A stretch of DNA of 64,000 nt from Adineta vaga (taxonomy: Eukaryota; Animalia; Rotifera). The stretch spans positions 3,534,001 to 3,598,000 of the forward strand of contig CP075492.1 of NCBI GenBank assembly GCA_021613535.1, given 5' to 3'. Positions 34,090-49,150 of this stretch are shown here, one piece after another. How positions within the stretch are numbered: the stretch's first letter is position 1; the number at the start of each line of letters is the position of its first letter. The translations under genes were made by a program, and so were the position numbers. The notes under the pieces are model-generated. The model had not been told where the DNA came from and did not search any database. It was given only the letters and a program-made list of their open reading frames with translations.

Positions 34090-35121
34090 TTACAATAGAA
34101 TCAAAAGAGAAGAAAATGTGTTTTTTTTCAAAACTAATGACGTCGTATATGCGTCATTGTAAATTGTTGTCTCGCTGTTATTGTCATCGGCATAAGTATC
34201 GTTAGTATTTCGGCAATGTAGAAATCGTTGAATTTTTCCTTTAAGATCTTGTAAGATATGGAGACACATAAAAGGAATTAATGGTGGCATACACATTGAT
34301 AATGGAAATAACCATCCAAGAAGATGTTGACCAAAAGTTGGATTCCATAACATTTGTCCTAATTGAATAAGAAAATAACCTCCATTTGTAAGAAAAAATA
34401 AGAAACAAATACTAAATAATTGAAGAGCCATATTTCGATTCTTTGCCCATGTTATTTGTCGACCCATTCGATTCTTTTGTTGAATTATTCGAATAAAAAG
34501 AATCAAATTAAAACAAAAAATCAAACATATCAATGCAAATCCATGCATTATTTGTTCATACAATGCCATAATTGGACTTGTCCATAAATAACAAGCCGCA
34601 ACACAATATGAATTTTCTTCATCATAATAACTTTCACATGGATAAAAGAAAATAAAGATTATATAATAAATTAATGGATAAATAATACATAAACTCAGTG
34701 GAATATAATGACCAATGAGACGTTTAGAAAATCGATTGAAAATTTGTGGATGAAATATAAGAATATGTCGTTCGAATGATGCCCATGTTATGAATAGAAA
34801 ATTTGTTGTAAAGAGATAAAAATCAATAAAATAATAGAAATAACAATAATTTAATGTTCGTGGCCAATGTATTCCGGTAAAATAATAACTTAAACGTATG
34901 GGAACATCAGTTAATGTTTGAATTGCATTGAAAATTAATAAAAGAATAATAACATGATTATTTAATGCACGATATAATGATCGAGTATGAAATATAGAAT
35001 AAAATAGAAATATAAAACAAGGAATTGATGAAATCGTTACTACTAATAGTATACTAAATTGTATTGGACGAAAAGGAGTGAAACCATTCGTTGATGTTGT
35101 TGTTGTTGTTGTATTATTCAT
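34090..35121 (-). CDS. Orphan rhodopsin-like GPCR
   Basis: Seven hydrophobic helices, RALNNHVI, WASFERHILIFH, FFYPC. 3' end may be spliced. Confidence 0.82.
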   Translation of the reverse strand: MNNTTTTTTSTNGFTPFRPIQFSILLVVTISSIPCFIFLFYSIFHTRSLYRALNNHVIILLLIFNAIQTLTDVPIRLSYYFTGIHWPRTLNYCYFYYFIDFYLFTTNFLFITWASFERHILIFHPQIFNRFSKRLIGHYIPLSLCIIYPLIYYIIFIFFYPCESYYDEENSYCVAACYLWTSPIMALYEQIMHGFALICLIFCFNLILFIRIIQQKNRMGRQITWAKNRNMALQLFSICFLFFLTNGGYFLIQLGQMLWNPTFGQHLLGWLFPLSMCMPPLIPFMCLHILQDLKGKIQRFLHCRNTNDTYADDNNSETTIYNDAYTTSLVLKKNTFSSLLILL

Positions 35122-36210
35122 TAGAATTTATTTTAATATGAAAAAATTGTGTAAATGAATCAAATGACACAGATTTTATTCTTTCTCTTCGAAATTATAA
35201 TCTCGAATATAGTAGAAAAGTTATTGAACTAGAAATTTTTCTTTCATTTTATATTAAACATCCAATTATATTTCTCTATGAGTTCTCTCAAATAGAAAAA
35301 ACTTACCTTCAATAGATTCATCGTCTCTTTTACGCACAAATTTCAATGTCGTATGAGCATTTTTCAAAAAAAAAGATAAATTTTACATTCTTATACATTG
35401 TAGTTTGAGGAATTAAGAAGAAGATATATCATCAAGGTAGAGACAAAACGAGGAAAACATGATTTTGAGATTAAATATGTCTACAAATTATTCGCAATTG
35501 AACGATCATAAAACTATTCATGCGTTCTTCTATAAGGTTTTATTTGAAGAAAAAAAAAACAAAGTTTACATTTACATCAATGAATGATGAATGGAAATTA
35601 TTCTTGTAAAAAGTTTTGCTAAAAGTATATAAAAATGGAAACTATTCGTACGTACTAAATAGGAAAATTTCTCTTATGCAGCTTCATACGCACTTCTCAT
35701 CATACTACTTGTCCACGATTCATAGATTCTTAAATATTGACAATGGACTTATTGCAATACTTATAATAAATATTTGATCGAATAATATAGGTTAAAAGTT
35801 GAACAAAGAAAATAGATAATAGATGAATTATTTCGAAACTTTTTTTCGTGTCAAGATAATCGAAACTATGATGGAAATTAAACAACCTATGCTGTTAATT
35901 ATTTTCATTCTCTTCAGTGAATATTGGTCTTGAAGATATAGAACATATAAACTTCCTACAGTCATTAAGCAAAAATTCTATGAAAGTTTTAGTCTTGCTT
36001 TATCATACTATCACATGAAGTTGGTTGGAAAATTTCGTGTTGATAACAGGTGAATTGAGAAAGATTATTTTCGTCGAATACTTATAGATATAATATAATA
36101 TCATATATTTCGTTAGTCATTTATATATGTTGGTAAAAAGAATTTTTCAAGACTCATATATAAATACATGGTCAGATTTTGTCGTAAAGTAAAAACATTT
36201 TTCAAACAAA

Positions 36211-36762
36211 ATGGCATTAGTCTTTGGTCATAATGAATTTGATGTTGAACGAATCGGTTGTTCAGTGAAAATTGCCGATGATAATGTGGCAAAACTTATG
36301 TATTACCTTTCATGTGTATGTAATGCAATTGAATGTGATCAAGATGAAGATATTCGTCGTTTTACGAATTATTCGAATTGGTATCATTTATCGACTGATG
36401 AGAAAAAATTGCTTCTTGTTATGTGCTATACATTTAGTCCAGATGTTTTCGATGGAAAAGTTTTCTTTCATAGTGATGAACTTTGTCAAGGATCAGCTAA
36501 TGAATTTTATAAAATAAGTCAAGTACGCCAACGACTTATTGCTGTTGAATCGATTATAATAGCTGGTCGAACACATCAAGTCACGAAAATAATGACTTAT
36601 ACAATGCCTTGGATGAGAACATACTATTTTGAACCCATGCAAAGATTAGCTCGACAACTTGCAAATTATTCAGAACGACCACAGATTACTAGTTCACAAT
36701 ACAGACGGTCAATGCCATCGCCACCCGTAACAAATAATGATTGTTGTTGTGTGATTTCATAA
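36211..36762 (+). CDS. Uncharacterised protein with C-terminal CCCVIS lipidation signal
   Basis: Clean 183-aa ORF with AAAATGG context; ends NNDCCCVIS. Confidence 0.7.
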   Translation: MALVFGHNEFDVERIGCSVKIADDNVAKLMYYLSCVCNAIECDQDEDIRRFTNYSNWYHLSTDEKKLLLVMCYTFSPDVFDGKVFFHSDELCQGSANEFYKISQVRQRLIAVESIIIAGRTHQVTKIMTYTMPWMRTYYFEPMQRLARQLANYSERPQITSSQYRRSMPSPPVTNNDCCCVIS

Positions 36763-37559
36763 ACGATTCTATTTTTCAATAAAATAATTTTTAAATATTG
36801 AGCAGAAGGAGTCAGAACTGATGGGCAAGGTAACAAAGTAATGAAATATCAAAGAGTCAATGATTAAAGAACTATGCGATTTGTCAGTTTTTTAAATTCA
36901 TGAATCATGGCGATTACGCTGTCACTTCTTGCAAGCACTATCATTTGTTAGGAAAATAAATTGCAGAAAAACTAACTAAAATCATGACATCGAAAAATGT
37001 TACATAGAACAATTTTAAAAGAATAAGGAGAATAGTTGAAATGTTTTACAATGTATATATATAGTTAACAACTGAAAAACTCGTTTATATATTCAGTAAT
37101 TAACAAACTCATTCTGTGTATATAATATCGCTTCTTAAAAAAACTCATTTCATGAGAAGTGAATATAATACATGTAGTTACAAAGAAAGGAAGAGGAAAA
37201 TATTATTACACAAAAACATGTCAGTTAAATGAAGATTTTTTGACTCTTTTTAACAGCACCAAAAGTTTTTGAATCGTCAAATTTAATTAAGAAAGTAAAA
37301 TAGCATTTTAATTAATCTGACATGACTTCACAATCAGTAAATGAGCAACTGTGGTCTACAGACAAACTAATCTCAGCCAACTATCATAGATGTGACCACT
37401 AAAACTATAAAAGTTAGTATTCATAGTTACACGAAAACTTAGAATAGCTTTTAAAAGATTCATTGAATTTCCCGAGTTTAATGTTGTACATTTAAAACTC
37501 ATATCACGTCTATAATTCATTTTAGTGGTCAATATTCCAGAACTAGCTTACAAGTTATC

Positions 37560-38120
37560 GCGATAAGTCAAACGGTATTTGCGTAATTTTAACTTCTTCC
37601 CCTCGGTTTTACTTATAGCAAATCCACATCAACTTCCTACTCAACTTAAAATCAACAAGATTATTAGTTCCAACATCATCTTTCGAACAATACTCGCAAC
37701 TCTACTCTGTATATTCACGAACTCTAACATGTCCATCCAATAGAATATCGATTGACTATACATTTCATCAAATGTATCATAGTGATTTCGTCACTCAAAC
37801 TTGGATTGAATATTTAACTCCTTCCGTTGGAATCTTTTCTATATTTGACTTTCGATGGACAAGTACAGCAACATTTCACGCTCTACGAATGTTCTGTGAG
37901 CTAACTAGCATGCGACACTTTCTCAAAGTCTGAATCAATTCTATTCCAATCAGTATGTTAATCAAGTTGTGACAATAAAATAACTGTTTGAACTACAAGC
38001 ACAAGCACTGATTAGTCAGTTCAGAACTTCTACTACTAATAGTTTTTTATTATCTCTCTTCATGATTCGTAATACAACGCAAAGCAATTGTATGTACTCT
38101 GGACTGCAAAAAAACTAACA
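37560..38120 (+). pseudogene. Decayed fragment of a large uncharacterised membrane-protein family gene
   Basis: Reads TLTCPSNRISIDY.FHQ..SDFVTQTWIEYL..FDFRWTS.ATFHALRMFCEL..QFRTSTTNSFLLSL.MIRNTTQSN with stops and frameshifts. Confidence 0.55.
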
Positions 38121-38764
38121 AATAGATCAGTTAGATGTATACAATGTACTCGTCTCAACTGACCGGTTTTTTCTGGTTGTTATTAAGAAAGTGAAATCTT
38201 CTGTTACAAGTGTTTCTTTCGAAACGGCTGGTCAGAAACAACATCATCCGAAAAACAAGTTCCATATACAGACTATTGACGATCGCACTGTCAGGAGTAG
38301 TCGTATCTTTTTGATTGCACGTAAATATTAAATGAAAAAGTGTTCTTTCTTCTGTTGACAATATTCGCATATCTTTCTAGTCGGATAATATAAGATAGAT
38401 AAAATAAAAGATGGCGCGCAACATCGTGTAATATTGTCTATTAAATAAGCGTACGTTTAACTATAGTATCTTCTACAAACGATATACAACTACGATAGAT
38501 ATATACCAAGTTTATTACTCATGGATATTTGTCTTTATTGATCAGTATATAGTCAAGCAAATCCTTTCTTTATTTATGTAACCTTTTCTTTATTCACACT
38601 TTGTTATTTTACTTCTTTGAAAGTAAAAGCTTAAATGACATTTGTTGTTCTTCAATCAATATTCATTGATATTAATCCTTCGCTGTATTTTCTTTCATTT
38701 GAAGTTTTTTTTTGCTCATTTGCATAATTTTATCGATCAGAATCATCAATTTTAAAATCTATTA

Positions 38765-39994
38765 ATGGATTATTCGTCAAATAATTCTCGTCCATTAACA
38801 TTTCTTGAAAGTCATCTTCAAAGAACAAAACTTGCAAAAGAAACCAATTGGAAATCTTCACTTCCATTGAAATGTTTTATAGTTTTTCTAATTATCTTTT
38901 CTCTTGGTTTAATAATTCTCACAACAACTTTAGTTATTACATTTGCATCATTCTACAAATCAATAACAATATCTAAAACAGGTATGTCGAATCATTAACA
39001 ATCAGATGATTTTCTCTCATTTGCAAAAAGTAGAATCAAGCACATCAACTAACATTATCACGGAAACAAGTTCGTATGTCTTTATAAAAATCAACTTAGT
39101 TCTATTGTTTCGACTATTTAGCGACATTGTCAACCAATATTACATGTGGAAAACAAGAAATTTCGCCATATGTACCATTTCAACGTATCTATGGAGGAAT
39201 AGAAGCAATACCAAATTCTTGGCCTTGGGTAATGAGATTTCATTTCCCTTTCTTTTTCTTACAATAAATAAAATCCTTTTCTTTTTAAGCTTGTTTTCTA
39301 TATTGAAAATCTTCCATGTAATTCTACGAATTGTCCATCAACTATTTGTGGTGGAACATTAATTCATCCTCAATATGTTCTTACAGCTGCACATTGTATC
39401 ACATCAACAAATGGATCATCAACTCGAATTATTGCTGGTTTACATAATATTTCATCAACAAGCGAACGAAATATTCGTCAAACTCGTCGAGTCGAAAGAA
39501 TTTTTCTTCATCCAACATTTGATCGACTTGCACCACTTGGTGATATTGCTATTCTTCAATTATCTATTCCATTTTATCTTAATAAATACATTCAATTAGC
39601 CTGTTTACCTGGAATACAACCACTAGCTAACGAAACAGTAATTATTGCTGGATGGGGATCGGAAGAATTTCGAGGAATATATGCGCCTGTACTTAAACAA
39701 GCAGTAACACAAGTGATTGGTGATTGTAATCAATGGTGGTCAACGGAAGGTGTTGATGAACGACGACAGATTTGTGTTGCTAATAGTACAACAGGTGTAT
39801 CAGCATGTAGTGGAGATAGTGGTGGTCCACTTCTATCAAAAGATTCAGAAAATCGCTGGATTGTCTCAGGTGTAGCATCATATGTCGAAAGATTTAATTG
39901 TAAAACAAATAATAGTAAACCAAATGTTTATACACGTGTTGCCTATTATCTTCCATGGATTAATCAGATTATTCAATCAAATAAATTTATATAA
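38765..39994 (+). CDS. Type II transmembrane trypsin-like serine protease, multi-exon
   Basis: N-terminal TM helix, activation site R-IYGGIEAIPNSWPW, LTAAHC, GDIAILQL, GDSGGPL. Confidence 0.9.
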
Positions 39995-40374
39995 CTATTT
40001 CTTTTTTCAATTTTTATTAAAAAGTGCAAAAAATTATCGGTCTAGGTGTGATCGAATTCATTAACAATGTCAATCGATATAATATACAAAATAACAGCTT
40101 TCTTTTCTTATCTGAATATATATATATCTATATAAAAGAGCACGTGTCAAAAATCGATTAATATCCGAGAAAAGAAAACGATTGATAATATATATATATA
40201 CATTTATTATTTTTTTCGTCTGTCAAAAATAATTGGATAATATCGTTTTGATTCATATAAACCTTGTTGATTATTGATAGATTTATATTTTGCTTTTCTT
40301 TCTTATATATATATTGAAATCAACATACGTCACAATAACGATTCTCAAATAAACATAATTTCTATATCAATAAA

Positions 40375-43345
40375 ATGGCAATGAAATCTTCTGTATCAAA
40401 TGGTAATCGTTCGGTTCGATTTCAAATTGATGATGATGATGATGATAAAGGACAAGAAAATAAACGATTAACACGAAAACAGTCAAGTGAATCATTTGTT
40501 ATTCATGAAATTCAACCATGGTCATCAATATTTCCATTTGAACAACAACAACAACATTCACCCGATCAAACATTTCATACATTAGAACAAGTTGTTGTTC
40601 ATCCATCAACACATCGTTCACGTTCATTATTAACTAATCGAAATCGACGGTTTGATCCTCATCATGATCGAATTACATTTCGTTCACTTTTGGGCACCAT
40701 GTCACAGATTCATTATATCTTTACACATAAACAATTTCTTCATGGTCTTCGTATAATGAAATTTTTAATTCAATTTATTGATTCATCTTTACGAGGAATA
40801 GGTCAACTTATGTTTGCAAATAATCCTCTATCGGGTTTGGTAAGTTTTAATAACAACAATATGAAGTGAACAATAGAATTTTCATTTTAGGTTATTTTAT
40901 TAGCATTAATGATCAATGGAAAACCATCAGCTGGCTATGCTTTATTAGGAACAATGATATCGACATTAACTGCACATATTCTCGGATTAAATCATCAATC
41001 GATTCAAACGGGTTTATATGGTTCACATGGATGTTTAACAGCTTTGATTATAAGTCATTTTTCACTGGGTCGAACTTTTGGAGAAATTCTTGGACCAGTG
41101 ATCCTTTTATGTATATGTTCAACAATCTTTTTTGTTGCTCTTTGTAAAATCTTTGTTATTCGATTTGATCTTTCACCGTTCACCTTCAGTTCTCATCTCT
41201 GTTCATTTATATGGTTATTATGTGCATCTAAATTTCGTTATTCTCCTATTGCTGATGAAAATATTTTATCATCAAATTTTTCATCATTTTCAATTATAGA
41301 ATTTTCCAATCAAACAAATACAACACTATTTTGGTCATTAGTTCTCAATATCTTTGGTGGATTTTTTACAAGTATAAGTCAAGTTTATATTATTAATAAT
41401 GTATTTACTGGTTTATTTATTCTATTGGGTATATCAATTTGTTCATTACGATTAACATTTCTTGCTTTATTCGGTGCAATTATTGGTCAATTATCAGCTT
41501 TGTATCTATTTCGAATATCAATCGAAGAACTTAGTCAAGGTCTTTGGGGTTTTAATTCTGCTTTAACCTGTCAAACACTTGGAGGAATGTTTTTTGTTCT
41601 TCATGGATATCATATTTGGTTTTATATGTTATTTGGATCAGTGATGACTGTTTTTGTTCAAAGTGCTCTAACAACAGTATTTTCTTTATATGGAATTCCT
41701 TGTTTAATGTTACCATCAATCATTATTTGTTGGTTATTATGTTTATTAGGTGGATCAAGTCATTATTTAATTGGTGTCAAACTTCGATCGATAAGTATTC
41801 CTGAAGATCATTTACGACGTTTTCGTTTATCAAATATTGTTAAGATGCATTTTGAATTCTTAAATGATCTTTCAATCATTCTTAGTAAAGTTGGAGGAAA
41901 TGAAAATATACCTGGAGAAGATTTAACAACCATTGAAAATGAATTTGTACCAATACTTTTATGTTCTTATACACATCAGAATGATTTATTGAATCTAAAA
42001 TCTATTAGATCAAGGTGCGGATGTGAATGCAACTGATTATGATCTACGAAGTTCATTACATTTAGCTGCTTGTAATGGCCATCTGAAAATATGTCGAATT
42101 TTAATTGAAAAATTTCGTGCAGATACCAATCTTATTGATGATTTTGGTGGTACGCCATTATATGATGCATTTTGTCATGGACATTTTCATTTAATTCCTT
42201 ATCTTTATATGAAAGGTGCACGAATGCCAGGATCAAAAATTAAAGAATTAACTTTTCTTCTATGTGCATTTGCATTCGAAGGCAATTTCGAAGCTGTTCA
42301 ATATTTAATTGCCTGCGAAATTAATCCAAATCTAATTGATCATAATGGACGAACATCTTTACATTTAGCTGTTTGTGGAAATCATCTTTCTATTGTTAAA
42401 TATTTAGTTGAAGAAGGTCATGCATCCCTATCAATTGTTGATCATTATGGTCATACACCACTTGACAATGCTCTACGATTATCTGATAATCAAATAGCAT
42501 TTTATCTTCAATATTGGAGAGATAATCCGTCGAAAAATAAAATGAATCTTTCTAGAATTTTAGTCGATAATGATCTTGATGATGATATTTATTTAGACGA
42601 GGTATTCATCGAGGAAAATGAATCAATACGAAAGAAATCAGAAAATAAAACAGAAGAAAGTTTATTACCAGCTTTGTTTTGTACAGCTGCTGGTGAAGGA
42701 AATGTCAAGCAAATGATAAATATTCTTAAACAATTTCCACGATTTCGTGCTGATAGTGTCGATTATGATTATCGTTCAGCTGCACATATTGCTGCTGCGG
42801 AAGGTCAATTATCAAGCATAGAATTCTTATGTAAACATTCTTTATCGAAAAAACGTGATTTGCATTGGATTAATCAAGAAGATCGATGGGGTTTTACACC
42901 GATTGAAGAAGCTTATCGTTATGGACATTATCAAGTCGCGCATTGTCTACAAGAATATCAAACAAAAGAATCAAAATTAACTTCTTCAGAAAATCATTCC
43001 AATTCTTCAACAACAAAGCCGGTCGAAACTTTCCTAAATTCAATTCAAAAATGGAAAAAAGTCTTTCGTTTTGCCACATTAGTTTTAAATAATGAAGCTG
43101 AATTAATTAAATGTCTTCTAATGAGCGGCGTGTTTCACTCATCGGAAACTTATGCTGATTATGATGGACGAACACCAATGCATTGGGCGGCATTGAATGG
43201 TTATATAAATGTCGTTAAAGTTTTACAACAATGTGGTGATAATGGACGAACACATAAAGATCGATGGAATAATTCTGCTTTCGATGAAGCTAAACGAAAG
43301 AAATTTATGCAAATTGTTCATATTTTACTTGATGACATTGTTTAA
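40375..43345 (+). CDS. Urea transporter (UT/SLC14) fused to ankyrin repeats; frameshift near 42003
   Basis: LRGIGQLMFANNPLSG, GLYG, PFTF, SISQVY..NN..TG, GLWGFNS (UT signatures). Intron at about 40841-40890. Downstream DYD.R..LH.AA..G ankyrin repeats continue in a shifted frame. Confidence 0.8.
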
Positions 43346-43394
43346 TCTTTTAATTTATTGAAAAACAAAATTGTACAAAAGAATATAGTAGTAT

Positions 43395-44180
43395 TTAGTC
43401 GATTCGATCAATCTTCTTTCCTAGGACAATATACATTGGATCGACAAATTCTCCATCAGTCATTGGTAAAAAGTTTCCATCGAAAAATGAATAAGCTGCG
43501 ATTGTTTTCGGATCGAAGTAAATATCGGAGAGAAGGAAGTAATTTGCGACCCATTGAACACGTTGTAATTCATCCATAGAAAGCCATTTTTGAATAACTT
43601 TCGTTGGAAAACAACGATTCGAGAATGATGTGAGAAATACTCCATTTGGTTTTAATATTCTTCCGATTTCATTGAAAATTTTCAATGGATGAATAAGATA
43701 ATCGATAGAAACGGAACAGATCACCGAATCGAATGTATTCGAAGGAAATTGTGTTAATGTTGGATTGAGATTTACATCTTGAACTGTATAACCTTGATTT
43801 AACGATTGATTTTCTTTTAATTCGAGTTCATTCATTCCAAGACCATGGACACGACCTAGAATAACTTTCAGGATAAGAAAAATTTTCGTAAGAAAAGATT
43901 TACCTATAAAATTCTCGGGTAAATGTGAAGTCCATGATGAACATAAATCCAATGTTCTTGTTTCCATTGTTTGTGGAATTGCATAGGTATAGAATTGAGA
44001 TAGAACAGATCGTGCTCGTTCATCGATATGATGAACAAAACGTGGTGTCGAATAAAACTCAGAATCATTATTTTCATCTTGACGAATCAGATCAGTCGAA
44101 GGATTTATTGAAATTGATTTTAAACATGGTGCTAAAAGTGTTTTCAAACGAGTAAAATCAAGTTTATATGCAGAATTCAT
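43395..44180 (-). CDS. Class I SAM-dependent methyltransferase (Methyltransf_11, cyanobacterial/plant type)
   Basis: D.EFY..PRFVHHID, LDLCSSWTSHLP, GLGMN..EL..N, SVSIDYL, FSNRCFPTK. In-frame 48-nt intron 43903..43856. Confidence 0.88.
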   Translation of the reverse strand: MNSAYKLDFTRLKTLLAPCLKSISINPSTDLIRQDENNDSEFYSTPRFVHHIDERARSVLSQFYTYAIPQTMETRTLDLCSSWTSHLPENFIGKSFLTKIFLILKVILGRVHGLGMNELELKENQSLNQGYTVQDVNLNPTLTQFPSNTFDSVICSVSIDYLIHPLKIFNEIGRILKPNGVFLTSFSNRCFPTKVIQKWLSMDELQRVQWVANYFLLSDIYFDPKTIAAYSFFDGNFLPMTDGEFVDPMYIVLGKKIDRID

Positions 44181-44517
44181 CTTAATAAAATTTGAAAATT
44201 AAAGAATTCATCTCCAATCGATAAGAGAATGTCATACAACTAATGAGATAATGATATGAAAGATGTCAGTCTATTTTATATGCGTTTCAAATAAATATCG
44301 ATATCTTCTGATTCATGTTTTTTATATTTATCTCCAAAAGAAAAAGGTAAATGTATGAATATAGAGAAGGGGGAAAAAAACCAATTAATATCGTTCCGGA
44401 GGATGATCATGACTCTCTCTTCCTTCGTATATTTGCAAATATATTGTGCAATATAATTATTTTGAATAATATTATTGTGCAGTTTTCTTTTCTACTATAT
44501 TGTAATTTCGAATAATT

Positions 44518-46230
<1,713 letters not shown>

Positions 46231-46349
46231 ATCGACCATCAATTGTTTTTTATTGAGCAAATAAATTTTATTTTTGAATTCTAATGACATCATTTTTTTT
46301 ATTGATTGGTATTTTGAATAAACTATAATAACTCATAAATTTGTTGAAA

Positions 46350-46480
46350 ACATGATGCAAGATGGAAATCGATTCAAATGGGACATATCATGGAGATTCT
46401 GATTTTTCAATTAGAACCGTAAAGAAGCGGAATCATGTGATTATCTTCACTCAATGGTGAAACAGAATCGGCATTAATCT
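46350..46480 (+). pseudogene. Internally deleted beta-tubulin remnant
   Basis: GGACATATCATGGAGATTCTGAT..CAATTAGAAC joined to AAAGAAGCGGAATCATGTGATTATCTTCA, matching 44668-44704 and 44987-45015. Confidence 0.7.
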
Positions 46481-47099
46481 ATTTCGAGCACTTGGATACG
46501 GTGATTATTGTGTGTTATTCCACATAATATAAAACTTTCTTTATCTTATTTAATGAAAACTATTGATATAATATGTGGTTTTGATATTACGTATTTATAG
46601 ATATGACGATATTCTCCATGTGATGTTATACTAAAGATACATTTTTCTTTCTCTTAATACGGTATCATCGAGTGAAAACGTGCGTTTATATTCATTTATC
46701 AATTGTAATTTTATCTCAATCGACATGTTAACACCACAACATAAAGCAGATTCATCATTGAATAATCTTCCGGAAAATAATGGTACTGCATCAGGAACGA
46801 TTGGAACTACATGGTTCCACAAACTTGATTGGTAGTGGAAAACATACAGATGTCTCAACTTCGTTAAATCCAACTAACAACGACACACAGGAAAAAGCCC
46901 CAATTGATAAACATGGTGATACTTGGGGAGGTGGGATTCCACATGTAAACAAACAATGCAAATAAAAACCATTATTAAAACTAGATTCTATTTCAATCAA
47001 GCTTTTTTCGCGTTTCTTTAACAATAAACATCTATTTATATTATTTAAAAGAATTTGAACTGGATAACCTTATCACATAAAATGTTCTAGTGCACATAT

Positions 47100-47930
47100 A
47101 CTATCAGTGACTTTGGACGAGAGACAAGTTATGCACTATATTTATTGTAGACGTAAAATACATCTCTCCTTTGCCAACTAATACTTTTGATGATGATGAG
47201 AAAAGATTCCTAACTTTTAGACATCATTTGTACGTGTTAAAATAAGCAACGAAGTTTTTCAAAGATTAAAATCAATCAGAATGGCTTCCAACAGGTCTAG
47301 AAATGTACCTACAACATTCACATAAAATAAAAAATCAAAGAATTTGTTTTTTCACTGGATCATGTTGATCGATAATTCAAATTTCGCGAAGATTTCGGAT
47401 AAGAAAGGGTAAATATAAAATTAACCAGAAAACAATCTTTTCACAAATAACGTAACAAACAAATCGAATTGTATTCCAACGATTGCGAAAAGCTGCTGCA
47501 CGATTTGTACTTGCATATTAATTCAACAGCTGAGAATGTTCTTTTACATAAAAGAAATAATAGTAGAGACGACAAATGATTTCATTTCTATTATTTAAAA
47601 TTAAATTAAATCCATCAATTAAGACAATGTATTGCTGTCAAAATGGATCCTGCAAGTAAATAAGCAATAGATGGATTACACTAAAATACACAAGACTAAT
47701 CTAATCATATCTACGACAATCATTGGCATTGCAACGAAATATTGTATTGATCGTTTCTACAGACAGACATTTCCACAACATTGAAAAACAGAAAAATAGG
47801 TTTCTTTTATGGAGAAGACTAAAAAGAAAATGAAAGAATATACATACGAACGTCTTCTCTTTAGGTCTATTATTAATTTATATAATTTTAATTGAAAGAT
47901 TCAAAGTATGTCATGTTTAATTCTTCAATA
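47100..47930 (-). pseudogene. Decayed GPCR gene
   Basis: Fragment YASTNRAAAFRNRWNTIRF is paralogous to the 52160-52220 segment; many stops. Confidence 0.55.
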
Positions 47931-49150
47931 TAAGGTTACAATCTTTGTCGTCGTATTTTAAAGTTTAACAGCTAATCAACTTCTATTCAATTTCACATAA
48001 ACATTAATTCTTATTCTTGAGTTTTACTATATTGTATCTCACAGACATGACTCGAAACAAAAACTCTGAAATTATTCTCGTTCATTTATTTATTTATTAT
48101 CTCTTCCCATAAAAGCACGACAAGATGTTACCATCGGCCTATCCTACTCTGCAAACTAACCGCCATCAATTGTCATCTTAAATGCTTATTCGAATTCATA
48201 TAAAATTTTCATTCAGAGTTTCATGAGTCTAGTTTATTCCTATGAAATCATAGTACATAAAACTAACAGGAATCAAAGAGTTAGGCAAATATTTTATCAC
48301 ATTTCAAAGACTTGAATACATAATATAGTTCGATGTTATAAGCCTAAATTCACAGAGTTTGAGAGAAACAAGAGAAAGTTCAAACAAGAACTATTTCAAA
48401 AAGTATACCACGAAGAAAGAAGGATAATGAACAACCTTCACCTTCACTTTCATGTACAGAAATATTTTACACGATAATACAACATACTATGTTGGATTCG
48501 ATTCAGATTGTATCGGTTTGAGAGTTGATGGATATGTTTTGAAAAGTCTTCTTGATGAATTGTAACATTACCAATGGCTTTCATTTCATTATTTAAATCA
48601 GTGTATTAAATACAAACATAAACATATGCTTCACACTCAACAATCGTTTTTAATAAGTGTGGAGTGGTTGCTGCAACGTGAGTAAGTTTCATTTTCATTG
48701 TTGATTCATTCTTAATTTCAACAGAAATATTCAAATTCTTGTTTGTTTTTATCAACAAAGAATAACAACAAATGCATTTTAGTTTGTTTATTTTGTTGAA
48801 ACTAACAGTTATGAAAAAATTGCGAACAAAATAAAAATAGATAAGCAAAAATATAGTAGAGAAAGCAAGTGGTATGAGAATAGAATAAGTGAGAATGAAA
48901 GTTAACTATAGAATAGTGTTCATTGAAATAGAAGTTGGATGATGACAGTGTTGAAGTTTTATTATAGATTTGTACTTCTGCCATATATCCTACAAAGAAA
49001 GAATCAATGAACTAACTTATAAATATAAAATAGTGATATGATCAGCTCAATGAAGAACATACGAATGTTAAAACAAATGTCAAAAAAAATTTTTAATATT
49101 CCATCAATGAAACATGATATTGACATAACATACCTTGCTTACTTCGCCGT

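Noticed and set aside
46725-46965. Small hydrophilic ORF pair, possibly one frameshifted LEA-like gene
   Set aside because: No recognisable motif or splice support; cannot be called from sequence alone.
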